A DNA stretch of 64,000 nt from Phoronis australis (taxonomy: Eukaryota; Animalia; Phoronida): the NCBI GenBank assembly GCA_002633005.1, contig NMRA01000127.1, forward strand, positions 256,438 through 320,437, read 5' to 3'. Below, one piece after another: positions 52,201-64,000 of this stretch; position 1 is the stretch's first letter; each line of letters begins with the position of its first letter. A model generated the notes under the pieces. That model saw nothing but the letters and a program-made list of their open reading frames with translations, did no database searches and was not told the origin of the DNA. The translations under genes and the position numbers were made by a program.

Positions 52201-52655
52201 TTTGAGGATTGATACGGAATGCTCTCCGGAATTTTACCGCAAAATCTTCGCTTGAGTGAACAAACCTAATAATTCCGCAGTGTTTACGTTCATGGGATAA
52301 ATTTTCAAAATTTCGAAAAATTACACAAAAAATTGCATGAACAGGTCAATAGCCAAAATGGATGAGCATCCAAGAAGAGAGATTAACTGGCGTACGTGAC
52401 TGCGTCTTTATTACTATAAAGGTCAATCACTTATAGTTTGAATCTTTTTGTCATTAATATTCCGTTTTGTTCATTTTTGTACCTGCGAAGGTACACTGTA
52501 TACTTATAAATATGCATTCCACGCCACTGTGCTATTATGCAAACCTCTCTAGTCATGTTTAACTAAGTAGTTTCAAGGCAACGTATCGACTTGTTTGTAT
52601 TTCAGCGCGATTATTTTCATTTTCAGAGTTCCGAAATCTCATGACAAGTGAATGA
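43261..52655 (+). CDS. Divergent troponin C-like / calmodulin-superfamily EF-hand protein (TnC-B), 156 aa, complete
   Basis: join(43261-43263,46391-46436,47915-48058,49766-49935,50833-50911,52627-52655), all GT-AG with consistent phases. MSSSTEDFEVKPEQVENIRLVFKQYIEDDETGSVPVHALKDVMRALGHYLKGPELKEMMSDLDNGCGVCNFEGFLPYLIKKMKEQADEEFYRDMFRILDKKNLGYITCDDLRYILLGLAEEVGLTAEDVDQMIADVDEDGNGEVSFEEFRNLMTSE*. Collinear with TnC-A. Confidence 0.88.
45130..45278 (+). mobile_element. MITE (CAGTGGCGGAT...ATCCGACCCTG) in a TnC-B intron
   Basis: Short TIRs, GGGCC duplicated on both flanks, and a second copy at 27532-27656. Confidence 0.75.
46391..46436 (+). CDS. TnC-B coding exon 2
   Basis: tttcAG|SSSTEDFEVKPEQVE|GTATGT, phase 0 to 1. 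Confidence 0.85.
47915..48058 (+). CDS. TnC-B coding exon 3 (degenerate EF1/EF2)
   Basis: 144 bp, phase 1/1, tttttcAG acceptor, donor G|GTTGGT. Confidence 0.85.
49766..49935 (+). CDS. TnC-B coding exon 4
   Basis: aacAG|...CNFEGFLPYLIKKMKEQADEEFYRDMFRILDKKNLGYITCDDLRYILLGLAEE|GTTTGT. Confidence 0.9.
50833..50911 (+). CDS. TnC-B coding exon 5 (EF4)
   Basis: cacAG|VGLTAEDVDQMIADVDEDGNGEVSFE|GTAACT. Confidence 0.9.
52627..52655 (+). CDS. TnC-B terminal coding exon
   Basis: tttcAG|(E)FRNLMTSE-TGA, 29 bp like the last coding exon of CaM. Confidence 0.88.
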
Positions 52656-53167
52656 TGTCGCCATCTTAGTGGGTGGAACAGCGTGCGTTATGTAGCTACG
52701 CGCATGTCAGAATCACTGCCTTCACTTGATACTCCTATGCAAGTTTCACTAACACCCTTGCGACCTTGTTGGTCGATCAAAATGACGTTCTAGTGAATTG
52801 GCCATAAGAATTAAGTGTGTCGGATATTCAATAATTTACTAGTTTACTAATTTACTAGCGTTCGTCCTGTGCATATCCCTTGTTCACGGTCGATATGAAA
52901 CTTTCAATCAAGACAAATTGCGCACATTGTTCATTTTGTTTTTACGATTGTTACTGGTATGTTTTTTATAATCAGTATGTTGAGGTTTCAGCTGAATCGA
53001 AACTTTGTATATGTATTTGAGTACCGTCACTTGGCCTTAGATTGTAGTTGCTTTCTTAGACTCGTTGTCTTATAGGTTCATTAGCTTCCTATTCTTCTCA
53101 TATTCATTCCGGGCAACATTCCATAAAAGCCAAATATGCCTTGTTAAACCTATATGAAATCTCTGTT

Positions 53168-53173
53168 AATAAA
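53168..53173 (+). terminator. Probable polyadenylation signal of TnC-B
   Basis: AATAAA about 510 bp after the stop, followed by a GT-rich tract. Confidence 0.6.
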
Positions 53174-53201
53174 GGAAAGAGTGATGTTCGTGTAGTTTTA
53201 C

Positions 53202-53920
53202 TGACCTTTGGTTTTTGAAAAACTTCACCTAAAGAGGCATGGAACGCGAGAGCGCGTCAAAAATATCTTTCAAACAATTCCTGACGAAAGTACCACCTCG
53301 CAATGTCTAGCACAGAGTAATTCACTTTCCCCTGTGAGGAAATTTTCAGAAAAAATCGCAAAATCCACTATTTTTGAAATACGCTCGAAGGAAAAACTCT
53401 ATGGTTACCACAGAGTTTCCAATCTCCCTCCCACTTACGATAGATGTGTGCATGCGCGCACAGTCAATTGCATGAAGTCGCTTGAGGTCAAAGGTAATAT
53501 TTCCATATTAGGAAAATATTTGCTTGAAATAGCTTGAGGTCAAAGGTAATATTTTCCATAAGGGAAATGTGCTGCGTCTATGTTTTGCCATACGAAATAA
53601 AAAAACGTGCTTTGCCTTGTGGGAGAAAAATTGACGAAGTGGCAAGCAAATAACAGGTCGTTTTTTTAAATTTGAAACTTAATAAAAATGCTTTGATATT
53701 AACAGAATTTAAAATTTTTACCTACAAACCCTAAAAATACCTGGTTGAATTCAGTTTCAGTGGTAAAGAACCACTTTTAAATTTGCAATGTAGTCTGTTT
53801 ATCGCGTTCCAGGTCTCTTTAAAGGAAGTTATCGGCGAGAAACAATTTTCTGAGGTCAACCTCTGCGCGGAATCGAACTTTCAACCCCTGCTATACCAGT
53901 CTAAAGCCCTGCTGCTAGAG
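53202..53920. mobile_element. Inverted-repeat DNA element between the two TnC genes
   Basis: AACTTCACCTAAAGAGGCATGGAACGCGA (about 53221-53249) pairs with TCGCGTTCCAGGTCTCTTTAAAGGAAGTT (about 53802-53830). Internal direct repeat GCTTGAGGTCAAAGGTAATATTT occurs twice. Boundaries are approximate. Confidence 0.65.
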
Positions 53921-54727
53921 CTAAAACCCAAACGAGAAATAATGGACTGTATGTTGCTCATCCAGTTGTGACATAATGCAAATCAAAATAAATACATAAA
54001 TTCTGGACATAACCTATCAGCTGTGCAGAATAGTGTAATACGTCACGAACCAAAGAAATTGTGTCACAACCACGTGACAACAATCTCCGCCAATGCCGAC
54101 ACGCACTTCCACTTCAAGAGATCTGTAGAAATCTCTGAGATGGGGACGTTACAGCAATTCCAGAAAGTGATTTATATATTTTGATTTCCACTCAAGAAAC
54201 GTCAGGGTATTTCAAGCGTATTCAACCAGTCATGCCACAGGCCTTGATTTCAGCGAATGTCTGGCAGATATTAACTAGAAGCAGTGATTTGTGAAATAAC
54301 AAAAACACAAACAGATTTTGTTGTTTCATACCTTTGGTCAAAGCTGATAACTTCAAAAAGTCGGTCGCATTAAAAGTAATACCAAAAACGCATTTTACGG
54401 CCTCAGAACCTTTTAAGGTTCATAATTAACTTACTACGGAGAAAAAATAATTTGAATTAAACTTACTGTCCTGCTGTATACATTTTCTTAATTGATGTGT
54501 TGATTCACAACCAAAACACTTTCTACTTACGATCGCAAAACCTAGAAACATCATCGACTCCCAATGAAATAGCACAAACAAACAAAAAACAATACATTCT
54601 GTGTTTCCACTACACAAATTCTACTCTAACACGCAACCCATCCAGTCAAAGAAGCCTCCAATGAACGCTCCGTTTCACACAGCTGCGTCGTTGTCGTAGT
54701 TCACTTTCCTACCACCAGGCGTCAAAC

Positions 54728-54734
54728 TATAAAT
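54728..54734 (+). promoter_or_regulatory. TATA box of TnC-A
   Basis: TATAAAT, preceded by CCAAT (about 54658) and E-box CAGCTG (about 54680), followed by a non-coding exon ending GAG|GTAAGG. Confidence 0.6.
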
Positions 54735-54759
54735 ATGTTCCGTGACCTGGAACCGCACT

Positions 54760-54891
54760 GTCCAAAAACAGAAACCACATGTAACTCGATCTAGAGCATC
54801 CATCAACGAAATCAGACAATATCAGCTCACCGGTCAGTGAAAGGAAGAGGTCTTCACTTCTGTCACGGGGGACTGTAACCTTTTTTCGGAG
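54760..54891 (+). other. TnC-A non-coding first exon (5' end approximate)
   Basis: Lies between the TATA box and a strong donor at 54891|GTAAGG. The next exon has acceptor ttttAG at 55245. Confidence 0.6.
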
Positions 54892-55245
54892 GTAAGGAAC
54901 TGTCTGTAGGCTGTATTAACACATACTTCAGAATTATCACCGACCATAGCTACAGGAATTTCAATAATTAAGTGTTTTTGTCGTATATAACTAAAAACGG
55001 TGTTTCTAAAATTTGGTCTTCTTCCAACCGCATTACAGAAATTAAAGTCAAACGTGTGTACAGTTTTTCTGCTGAAAAAAAAAATTTAAATTCGGTCAAC
55101 GCAACTTGCTGACGAAGCGAGATGGAATTCGGCTTCTGACCGCGCTTAGTAGCTAAAAGACCAATTACTTGCCGTCACGATTTATATATTAGACAACAAA
55201 TGTGAACGTAGGAAATTTCACTGATTCAAGACATTCTTCTTTTAG

Positions 55246-55274
55246 GCTTGGCGCACTGGTGAGCGATAAACATG
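55246..55274 (+). CDS. TnC: TnC-A ATG exon (UTR plus ATG only)
   Basis: ttttAG|GCTTGG...AAACATG|GTAAGT. Confidence 0.85.
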
Positions 55275-58200
55275 GTAAGTTGATTCCGCTAGTTTTTAAC
55301 TGTTGAAACCAAACTACTGAATAAAGTTTGGATCCTAGTAGGACTTAGCTTTGTTTATTCCACCCGGAATCAAACTATAGGAAATTTGAGCACGCAAGGC
55401 AAAAGCAAATTGGCTTCCTATGAAATTCTACGCGATTGCTGTTAACAAGGGCTTTGAACCCATGACCAGGAACAAAACAGAACAGCTTGTAGGAGAGGGC
55501 TTAGAGTAATTTGAACGTTATAGCAAACCGGGTTTTCTAGGAGTGATGAAAAGCCTCGAAAGGATCCATAGGTCCCCATGAGTAGCGAAAGCTCAAGTTG
55601 TTTCTCCTTGTGCGCGTTGCAGAGAAGCCACTTTTATTCTAAGCTTAACCGTACATCATGAAAATACCTTAGAACCAAACTGATAGGCTTGTGCAACCAT
55701 CCGCGTAACTTGGAAGAAGTGCAACACATTTAAAACCTAGAGGCCAGATTTCTAGTTGATTAACCCCAGCGGTCAGTAATGGTTTGCCTGCCAGGCGAAT
55801 TTTTATTTAAGAGTGCAGGGCATTTTTAAAGGCAATATGGCACGAATATTTTTCTTCAAAAAATAGTGCTTGATTCGTCAATGCGTTGACGTGTTTGTTT
55901 TTTAGTAAATATCCAATTCACCTATGTCATGTTTACTTGCTGGCTATCTGTAGCCAGTGGCGAATTGTCTATCGAAGTTACAGCTTAGAGCCCGCATAAA
56001 ATTAAGGCCCCCGCATAAAATTAGGGCTCCACCTCGTAGTCATAGAGGCTCCGCGATAGTTGCGGTGACAGGGATGGGGTGGCAAAATTTTGACGACCTT
56101 CGAAAATTGGGTTGACCGAGGGGATAGCTCGAAAATGAGGCAATCGGACGTTGGTGAAAATAGCAAGGTCTCTAGGATTCTAACAGCTTTGAACCTTGAA
56201 AAGCCTGCATGACTGTCTGTAGTTATTGGCGTTGTTGATAACCTCATACAGTGTTCTACGAATTTGACGAATTAGAGTAAGTGTTCCCCTTGACCCTTTC
56301 CCTTTCAGATGTACTTTGCACGTGACCCGCTCTCTATTTTATCGTGATCTGAAGTCAAAAAGTTTCTATTTTCAGTCGGTGGAAGAAGAATTCAAATTAT
56401 CCACTCAACAGCAAGAAGGTAAGAAAATAAACTAAATTTGAACGAATGGTTTTACGCGATTTAACAGCAGCTGGCGTATTTTGGAGTCAACTCCATAATT
56501 GTTCTCTGATACGATACGCGGTCTTGTTTATTTTCAGTCGAACTTTTTCATCTTCTACAGTGAAAATTAACTCGCTGAAAATGTTTGGAATAAAGGTCGC
56601 GGAATTTTGGCCGTAACATTTTATTCATTCTCGTTGTTGTGACCTGAGCGAGGTTTTTAGGTTACAGCTGCGACGAGATTAGAAATTCCTCTTGATTGTA
56701 TATACGTACTCCTTGCTGCCTGGTAAACATCTGTGGAGGACGTGTGTTCACCCACAGCCGTATATGGAGCTGAGCGAGATTGATGTTATTTTAGACTTTC
56801 CGTATATGGGACACGTGTAATTTGAGTTGACGGTTTCCACGGAGATCGGTACTGGTGTGGTACATGTATGTCAACATTTCCTTGGCGTGTTCATACATTT
56901 TATTAGGGGGAATTTATGTGAGTGGTGCGTATTTAATCTCAGTCATAAAAATGAGATGAGCATATGGTGGCCTATGACAAAGCTATGCATCACAGACTGC
57001 GTAGGGTTCAGGGGCATTTATGAAATCAACCTCAGATGAGGCAAAGTCTTGTGAAAACGAGATGTCTGATGTATTCGGAGGGCAATTTAATGAGATGGAT
57101 ATTGAAGTGATTGAAGCAAAGTATCACTTGCCAAATAACTTGATTTCCATGACTAACACCTAGAAGTATCGTACAGTTGTATGTGCGCGTATTTATTAGG
57201 TCCATGCACCGAAATGCAAAATAATGCACTATTTTTTTAAAGAAATTTCTTCACTCAAGAGTTTCTCGTATAGGCGCATGGGATTGTGCTTCACGTTTTG
57301 GGGCAGCCGTAAATCTCGTGAAAATTACTAGGTGTTGTCCTCGTGTCTCATCTATTTTCGTGGTTTGTATTTTAAACGTTTTATGTTTAGCTGGACACGC
57401 GTGGAGCCGTTTTGCAGCGGTTTAGTCAACTTTCACTCACAATGTTTTTAAAATTCACTCCTTGGCAAGTGTTTCACAAGTAGACGCCCTCACCAAATTT
57501 CGGAAGTAGGCGCAGTTTCACATAAAGGTGCCTTTAAATACGCACGTGTAGGGTTAAAATAGAGATAAGACGACATGCAGGGTTGCTTTTTCTCTGCCAT
57601 GATCACGAGTTACCCGTGAGGCAACTTCTGGCAATGTGAAATATAAGTCCAAGCCTAAAGTTTCAAATTATCCTCACTGGGCGGCTCTCAGTACCTCGTA
57701 ATACAAGGCCCGAGGCTCTGCCATGGGTTGATTGAGACGTGCTACTCGGCTCGGTTTTTTGCTCCCTCAGATATCGGGTCGACGGTCTCGAGTGGATATT
57801 TTGCTTTTTCGGGTACCAAACTAGGGGTTACTTTGACTTCGCGGTAAAGGTAATATTATCTTGTATGGGCGTGTAGAGATAGTACGAAAGTGCAATGCAG
57901 CAATGCAAAACAGCGCATCATGAGTTTGAACATACTCTTCGCCGTATTTTCAAAAGTATCATAAGCCGATAATTATGTCCTATAATAGATACACTTGTGA
58001 TCCCCAACCTCGCACATATTTCCGTTATTAGCGGTCGTAGACCAAAAAATGTTTAAGTGACAGTTAAACAGAGCAAAACTTAGCTTTAAAACCAAGCTGT
58101 TTCTTTTTTGCATCTGAATGAAAGTTGTCGTCTCGATGCGGTTCGTGCAGCAGTTGACGAGAAGATTAAGCATTTATAAAATGTCATGCAGGCATTAACT

Positions 58201-59568
58201 TGATGGGTTTTTTGGAACTCTTAGTGTCACAGAAACTGTGTTTCTTTTAAATTGCCTTCTTCTTTTTGAAGCACTCTGTATTGTTTTGTTGTCAGTTTCA
58301 GTCACTAGTAGTAAACAGGTGCGCGTTCCGTGACGCTGGTCAATCGAGACACTTGTTGTAGCGAGAATTTTATTTATGAAACGCTGTGAGTCTTCTAAAA
58401 AGTTACCCTCCTCGTTCGCTTTTTATATATTGTTGTAACGGAGAAATATGAAGAAGCCCTTTATATGTTTATCTATCGTCAAGCTTCCTGGCTATGAGAC
58501 TGAATCTGCCTCTTTTATCAAAATGTTTAAACATTGCAGATGCACATAGGGCATTTAAACTATTTGACAAGAAAGGCGCAAACAAGATCAGCACCAAGGA
58601 GCTCGGACAATTGTTCATTAGTTGCGCCATGTCGATGACGTCAGAAAAATTAGAAGAGCTGGTCGGAGAAGTTGACGACGACGGTAAGATAGCAGGAACA
58701 GTGGCGGATCTGAAATGTCGCTAGGAACGCAACTACAGTTTTGAAGCATGGGAGCCTTAGAAGGAAAATGTTGGTGGCGTTTTTCAGTTTTTTGTTGTTG
58801 TTTTCTCGCCGTGTCCGGGGGCGGGCCTTTGGGTCCTCAATACGACCATGTTAAATCGTGATTAACTGACAGTTGTGCATAGCGATGCCCTGCGGATCGT
58901 CAGGAAAGACTAATGCTAGTTTTATAGCGACCACTGGTGTTTTAAATTAAAAGTTAAGTTTTAAGTAAAATAAATATATTGCAGTTTCACGCTTAAACCA
59001 TGCAAAATTACGATCGGAAAATTCATTGACAGTCTACAGTTCCGTGGCCCTACACCATAATCATAAAATACACACGGTGTTAAATTTTTGGATATCTTTT
59101 TACTTAGGTAGCGGAGAGATTGCATTCGAACAGTTCATGAAAATATATACCAAGAGGAAGAAGGAAGACGAGGACGAGAAGGAACTCAAAGAGGCATTCA
59201 GGGTTTTGGATAGAGAAAACAAAGGTGTTATCCCAGTGGACGATATTAGATGGATTCTTCGCGAGCTTGGAGAGGGAATTACGGAAGATGAAATTGACTA
59301 CATGATAGCCATCACAGATGTCGACGGCAATGGCACGGTAGATTACGATGGTAGGTTAAAATTTCAGTTCCTAATTATAAAAGCATTGATGTAATCATTG
59401 CTTTGCCATCCCTTTATTCCATTCCCAATTTCTCCATGGTAAATCTTGAACAGTACAGAGTGTATGTTTATGGTCTCCGTGTACTTGTGAAATCTTAGTT
59501 AAAATCCTTGGTTCAAATTTTTACAAGTTCTGTTGTTTATTACAGAGTTCCGCGCCTTAATGATGTGA
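55272..59568 (+). CDS. TnC: Troponin C, mollusc-type (TnC-A), 151 aa, complete
   Basis: join(55272-55274,56376-56418,58540-58683,59108-59350,59546-59568), all GT-AG. MSVEEEFKLSTQQQEDAHRAFKLFDKKGANKISTKELGQLFISCAMSMTSEKLEELVGEVDDDGSGEIAFEQFMKIYTKRKKEDEDEKELKEAFRVLDRENKGVIPVDDIRWILRELGEGITEDEIDYMIAITDVDGNGTVDYDEFRALMM*. The C-lobe motif ELKEAFRVLD..KGVI.VD..RWIL..LG...T..EI..MIA.TD.DG.GTVDY.EF matches scallop troponin C as I recall it. Confidence 0.92.
56376..56418 (+). CDS. TnC: TnC-A coding exon 2
   Basis: ttttcAG|SVEEEFKLSTQQQE|GTAAGA, phase 0 to 1. Confidence 0.9.
58540..58683 (+). CDS. TnC: TnC-A coding exon 3
   Basis: 144 bp, ttgcAG...G|GTAAGA, EF1 and the start of EF2. Confidence 0.93.
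59108..59350 (+). CDS. TnC: TnC-A coding exon 4
   Basis: 243 bp, cttAG...G|GTAGGT, end of EF2 through EF4. Confidence 0.95.
59546..59568 (+). CDS. TnC: TnC-A terminal coding exon
   Basis: ttacAG|(E)FRALMM-TGA. Confidence 0.9.
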
Positions 59569-60260
59569 AGATACTTGCAACGAAGAGAGAGCGTGATCTT
59601 CAGTTTAAACAGACTTGACTATTATTTATACGCAGGCAGTAGCACGCATGCTCACACCGACAGTAAGTGAGACATGACATTAAATATACGTCAGTCACTT
59701 TCACTTCACACTTGTTAGCACGTCAAACGAACAAGAGACAGAGGTATTTTGAATAATTTTTGACGCTTGTCAACGTGATTTTCAATAATTGCATATGCCT
59801 TTGTATAAGAGGACCGTGAGTGGTGAAATCTCGTTGAACGGGACAACGGTAAAGAAAATGAATGAATGGAAATTTGGTGATATGCACCATTCAACATTGG
59901 TTACAACAAACCTAAAGGCCTGACATCGAACTAAAATTCGTTAATTCATATGGCGTTAATCTTGTAATATTTGAACGTAGTTTGTGTACTAATTGTTTCT
60001 TTTCTATAACAGAATTTGATACTGATGTGATTCACCGAATAGACGTTGAGCAGTATACTTTTAGTCAGATAGCAGTCTTAAAGTTATATTGAGCGCTGTT
60101 TAGGTAATATGACTATTACCTTGGGACATCCCGTTGCACGAAATCGCTGGAATTCAATGTTTTTTGCGATCCTCATAAAATCGGAGTCATGGAAGTTAGG
60201 TCTTCTTTTGTCCTGTGCTTTTGGTGTGAACGGAATGAAGCTCGTATGTTGTTTTGGTTT

Positions 60261-60266
60261 AATAAA
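60261..60266 (+). terminator. Probable polyadenylation signal of TnC-A
   Basis: AATAAA about 690 bp after the stop, with a T-rich downstream tract. Confidence 0.55.
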
Positions 60267-62981
60267 CCGTTTCGTTCTTATTTATATTACTTTTAAGTTG
60301 ACCATTTTTGACCCCGCGCCACTTAGCGCTCAATACAACTTTAACATTCATGACAAGTCAAAAATAGTCCGATAGGTTAACTGATGAGTCAATGTCGCAC
60401 GAAATGACCAACAAAAGCGAGGGAATTTAAACAGTTCTCGTTTTCTTTATCCACCACACATCACGGTAAGATTTTTTTTTCAGAGAATATAGCAAACAAA
60501 TTCAGATCAACTTATCTCCCCAGCACAGGGGCAATTTTGCAGAATTTTACTGATTGGCAAGAAACTGAAAATACTTAGCAAAAACGCAACAGATCATCTC
60601 CCGTTGGAAAATACCTTCTGCAGAAAAGTCACAGTACGACATTTAGGACCTGAAACGGAAGTGAAAGATTCCGCTAACATACCGCATTAGAAGACGATAT
60701 TTTTTTCCCGGGTGCATTCCGCAGGAACAAAAACTTCGCAGAGAGACTTGCAACGAGAAATCTTATGAAACGGAAACAGTGAATTCTATCCCATAATTCA
60801 ACATTCCAACCTTACCGACCAATCATTTCTGTGGCCACTTTGCAATGGTACGCAAACAAGGCCTGAAACACTCGATCGCCTTTCATTCGCATGATGGAGA
60901 GTGGTCTTGCGGGAACTCCCACGAGCATGACGCTTTATAGGGCAATTTTGCATGCAAAATTATGCAAAACATACAAAAGACATATTCCTTTTATTTTCAA
61001 AGGCAGCAGTAATCTTGGTAATCCACACAATTACTTTACATCTTATCAGGCCAGGTACATCAGAAAAAAGCCAAGTAGTTATAGTCATGATACACCTGTA
61101 AGGACCACCGCAGTTAGAGAGCTACGTGAGCTCAGTGCCTCAAGTGAACGACGTCTGACCTGGTAGCTCACGACAGGACGAGAACAGTTGAATGGACTAG
61201 CGGTTAGTTCTTCCAAACGTTGTCGTATTTTCGCGCCCTCTCGTGTCCTTTCAGCTCAGCTATCTTTCACTCTATACAGAAAGCTCAGCTCGTAGCTCCA
61301 CGTCTGTGGTTGCTCTAACCTTCAATACACATGGCTAAGTGTGTGCCGGCGAACTGGTCATGCAAACAGAGGTGTGACTACAATGTAAGAAAATAGCGAA
61401 CAAAGCATGCACGTCCTCAGATATCTATTGGATAAAACCAAAGCATTTGAACCTGCAACTGTCAACGTGCACATGAATTTCACACCAGGTTGCAGGGTCT
61501 AGTCAAGCTACGCCCCCGAGGACAAAAACGAACCATTGACGATCTCCAATGCAGAACAAGCCAGAATGAAGATTGCCTTGAAACTGAAAATCAAACTCGT
61601 GGAGCAGGAACTGGAGAAGGTCATAATCAGCATCCATACCAAGGAGGATTGATTAACTCAACAATATTTATGAAGGAAGCTATAAACTGTTGTGGGTACA
61701 GACTTACACCTTCGTCATTCAATACAATCATGCGTATTCCGTCAATCACAATCACGATGGGCAGTACTCGAGATATTTTTGCTTCCCTGCTATGTGATAC
61801 ATATATAAATTACTCGAGTTACTTATTTTCAACATCATTGTTGCCAAAACATTTAGATTTCACAATTAAACGAAGCTTTTCTAAATGTCGCAGATAAATT
61901 ACACGATTTACTAAAGTTGCCAAGACATTTCATTTGAACAATTTTTTAACAAATTTTACCCTGTTACTGATAACACGTTATACGTCGCGCACACAATATA
62001 GGTTCCTATTTTCAAGACACATGTTCCTTTACATTCACCAGTTTAGAATACAGGTTGAGTTTCCTCAGTCGAAAGATGTCGCTAAAGTATAAACATTTTG
62101 TAACTTTCAACCATGTTTGTCTTTGCCATATTTTACTCTTAATTTGTATGAGGTTTGTTTAAGAAGTGTGCAGGGTTTCCGCGGAGACATCACATATGGC
62201 AGCAGTTGGAGTACCCATAACGTCGGCCTCAGCCGTCACTCACTACGGCGGCCAATTTAGATGGTGGTGCACTACCAAAAATAAAAGTTATACTGAAAAA
62301 TTCATATTAAGTTCAGTGAGGTATGAAAATAATTATTTGGAGTTGTGTTGAATGAGAAATAATTGAGCTAAAACGTGTTTAAGTGGAGAGACAACGCTTT
62401 TTCCTTTTTCAAAAAAAATCACTTGATATCCACTAAAGTGGTTCAGCAATGCCCTTATAATTTTTACAATTCAATTGATTTCAATTAATAAAAGTTGTAC
62501 TGCAATACTTTGGGTGTGCACAGAACAGAATCAAATATGATTTTTAGCCCACTCCTATGTGAACCTGCTTGTGTTCATTTTGACACACCATACCACCATT
62601 GAGGCATTGAGTATCATAGGTCAACATTTGTTTGTCAAAGACCCATACAAAGCAAACTCTAAAACCATACTTTTGATTCACGTTTTCGGTGATTTTCAAT
62701 ACCACAGTTAGTGGTTCTAGTTATACACCATGAAAACAATGGACCTAACGCAATTATGGATTTTACCAAAAAATTCACCAACCCTCAGTTGGTTTGCCTG
62801 GGACTTTAACAGTGACAGTTTTACTCTTTAGATGGAATGTCACAGCATTCTTAGCAATGAGAACAGAATATGAAGAGACCCTTGGGATCTACAGACTTTT
62901 TGAAATTATGAACACGAAAGTGTACAAATGCCACTTTTAAAAAGTCTGGCATCTGGTGGTGTTGAAGATCACAATGTAAAC

Positions 62982-63223
62982 CAGGGCTCGGAATGAACAA
63001 TGATAAAAATGAGGATTTTTTCCAGGTGATTTATCATTCCACAAATAAACAGTGTGACAGAAATACTTTTTAACTGAAACAAACGTTTTTGCACGAATAA
63101 AGTAAGAAACAGATAAAAAAGGAACTAACAAAGAGGAAACTGGAATCCAAACAAGATGAAATTGAAACCAAAAAGAGGAAATCCTTTTTAAATCCTTTTA
63201 AAAGAGGAAAATTCCAAGCCATG
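62982..63223 (+). mobile_element. Short non-autonomous DNA element, copy 2 (family of 2855-3103)
   Basis: Ends CAGGGCT / AGCCATG, with GTAAAC duplicated at 62976-62981 and 63224-63229. Confidence 0.8.
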
Positions 63224-64000
63224 GTAAACGTTATCAACTTCAGTTGGCTTGTAGTAAACAACTGGTGACATCACAAATAACTCGTTGACAACTAGACAAT
63301 ACCAGTAAAAACATGTCACTAGTGGCATAAGAATTGAACGCAGGGGTACACTGCAACATACGTTTTGAAGCAAGTAAGACAAAGCAACCATAATAGAAAA
63401 ATAGATTGAAAAGTCGTCTGCCTGAAAGATTCTCAAGGCACGCACCATACAAACAAGCTGAACTCAAAGCTCACCACACCTAACACGCAAAATATGAATC
63501 CGATTCTACGGCCACAAGTTATCTTTGATGTCACTGGATGTTTACCGGCTGACAACTGTCTCATAATGTATTTGAAAAACAACAGCAGCACCATAAACGA
63601 AATAACACAAATTAGGCTGTTTCATGCTTCACTGAACGCGAAGGGTCAAGTAGCTATTCTGTCATGGACAACTCATAACTAGCACCTGTTTACATTTTGT
63701 TTTGCATTAATAAAAACATGAGTGAAATCAAATCCCCTTGGGGTCTGCTTCAAGACAAACCATAAACTCCAGTCAAAAAACTAATCTTACATTCATGTTA
63801 AAGCCGCATTAACTAATGTTCTGGAGTTGTGAAAAACAACTTTGATAAAATACATATAGTACTTTTAAATCAACCTCATAACATTTTCATCTTTTTCTGA
63901 AATAAAGTTACCGGGATTTTTCGTAGATACGCCCATGGGTGTGTATTCGGAAAATGAAAATTTTCAGGAATTTTTGTAATACCAAATAAATGCCTGCGCA

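Noticed and set aside
61100-61897. 135-aa ORF and an overlapping coiled-coil-like peptide (MKIALKLKIKLVEQELEKV) as a fourth gene
   Set aside because: No continuous frame or exon chain. At most a decayed transposon remnant, and too weak to call.
522-63682. Most ORFs in the six-frame track as standalone genes
   Set aside because: They are short, often non-ATG, lack domains and overlap repeats or introns. Only 49708, 58494 and 59026 (real exons) and 16434 (THAP remnant) carry clear signal; 2071-2349 is the antisense of the CaM-like exon.

Overview
Eukaryotic, intron-rich, AT-rich genomic DNA from an invertebrate animal; the taxon cannot be fixed from the sequence, and almost all ORFs in the supplied track are spurious. 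The window holds a small EF-hand gene cluster. A calmodulin-like gene lies on the minus strand: its 144-bp EF1/EF2 exon is at 2033-2176, a probable start exon is at 2524-2561, and the 3' exons are off the left edge. About 40 kb away on the plus strand are two complete tandem troponin C-like genes of the mollusc type, TnC-B (ATG 43261 to stop 52655, 156 aa, divergent) and TnC-A (ATG 55272 to stop 59568, 151 aa). Both are predicted to bind Ca2+ only at site IV and have calmodulin-type exon structure. The rest is intronic/intergenic DNA rich in non-autonomous DNA transposons (several with clear TIRs and TSDs, one nested), a THAP remnant and a possible LINE RT remnant. Most notable: the paralog-specific intron of TnC-B is bracketed by an 11-bp direct repeat (an intron-gain signature), TnC-B has a CxxC motif in its degenerate EF2 loop, and a nested DNA element carries a tRNA-like Pol III head.
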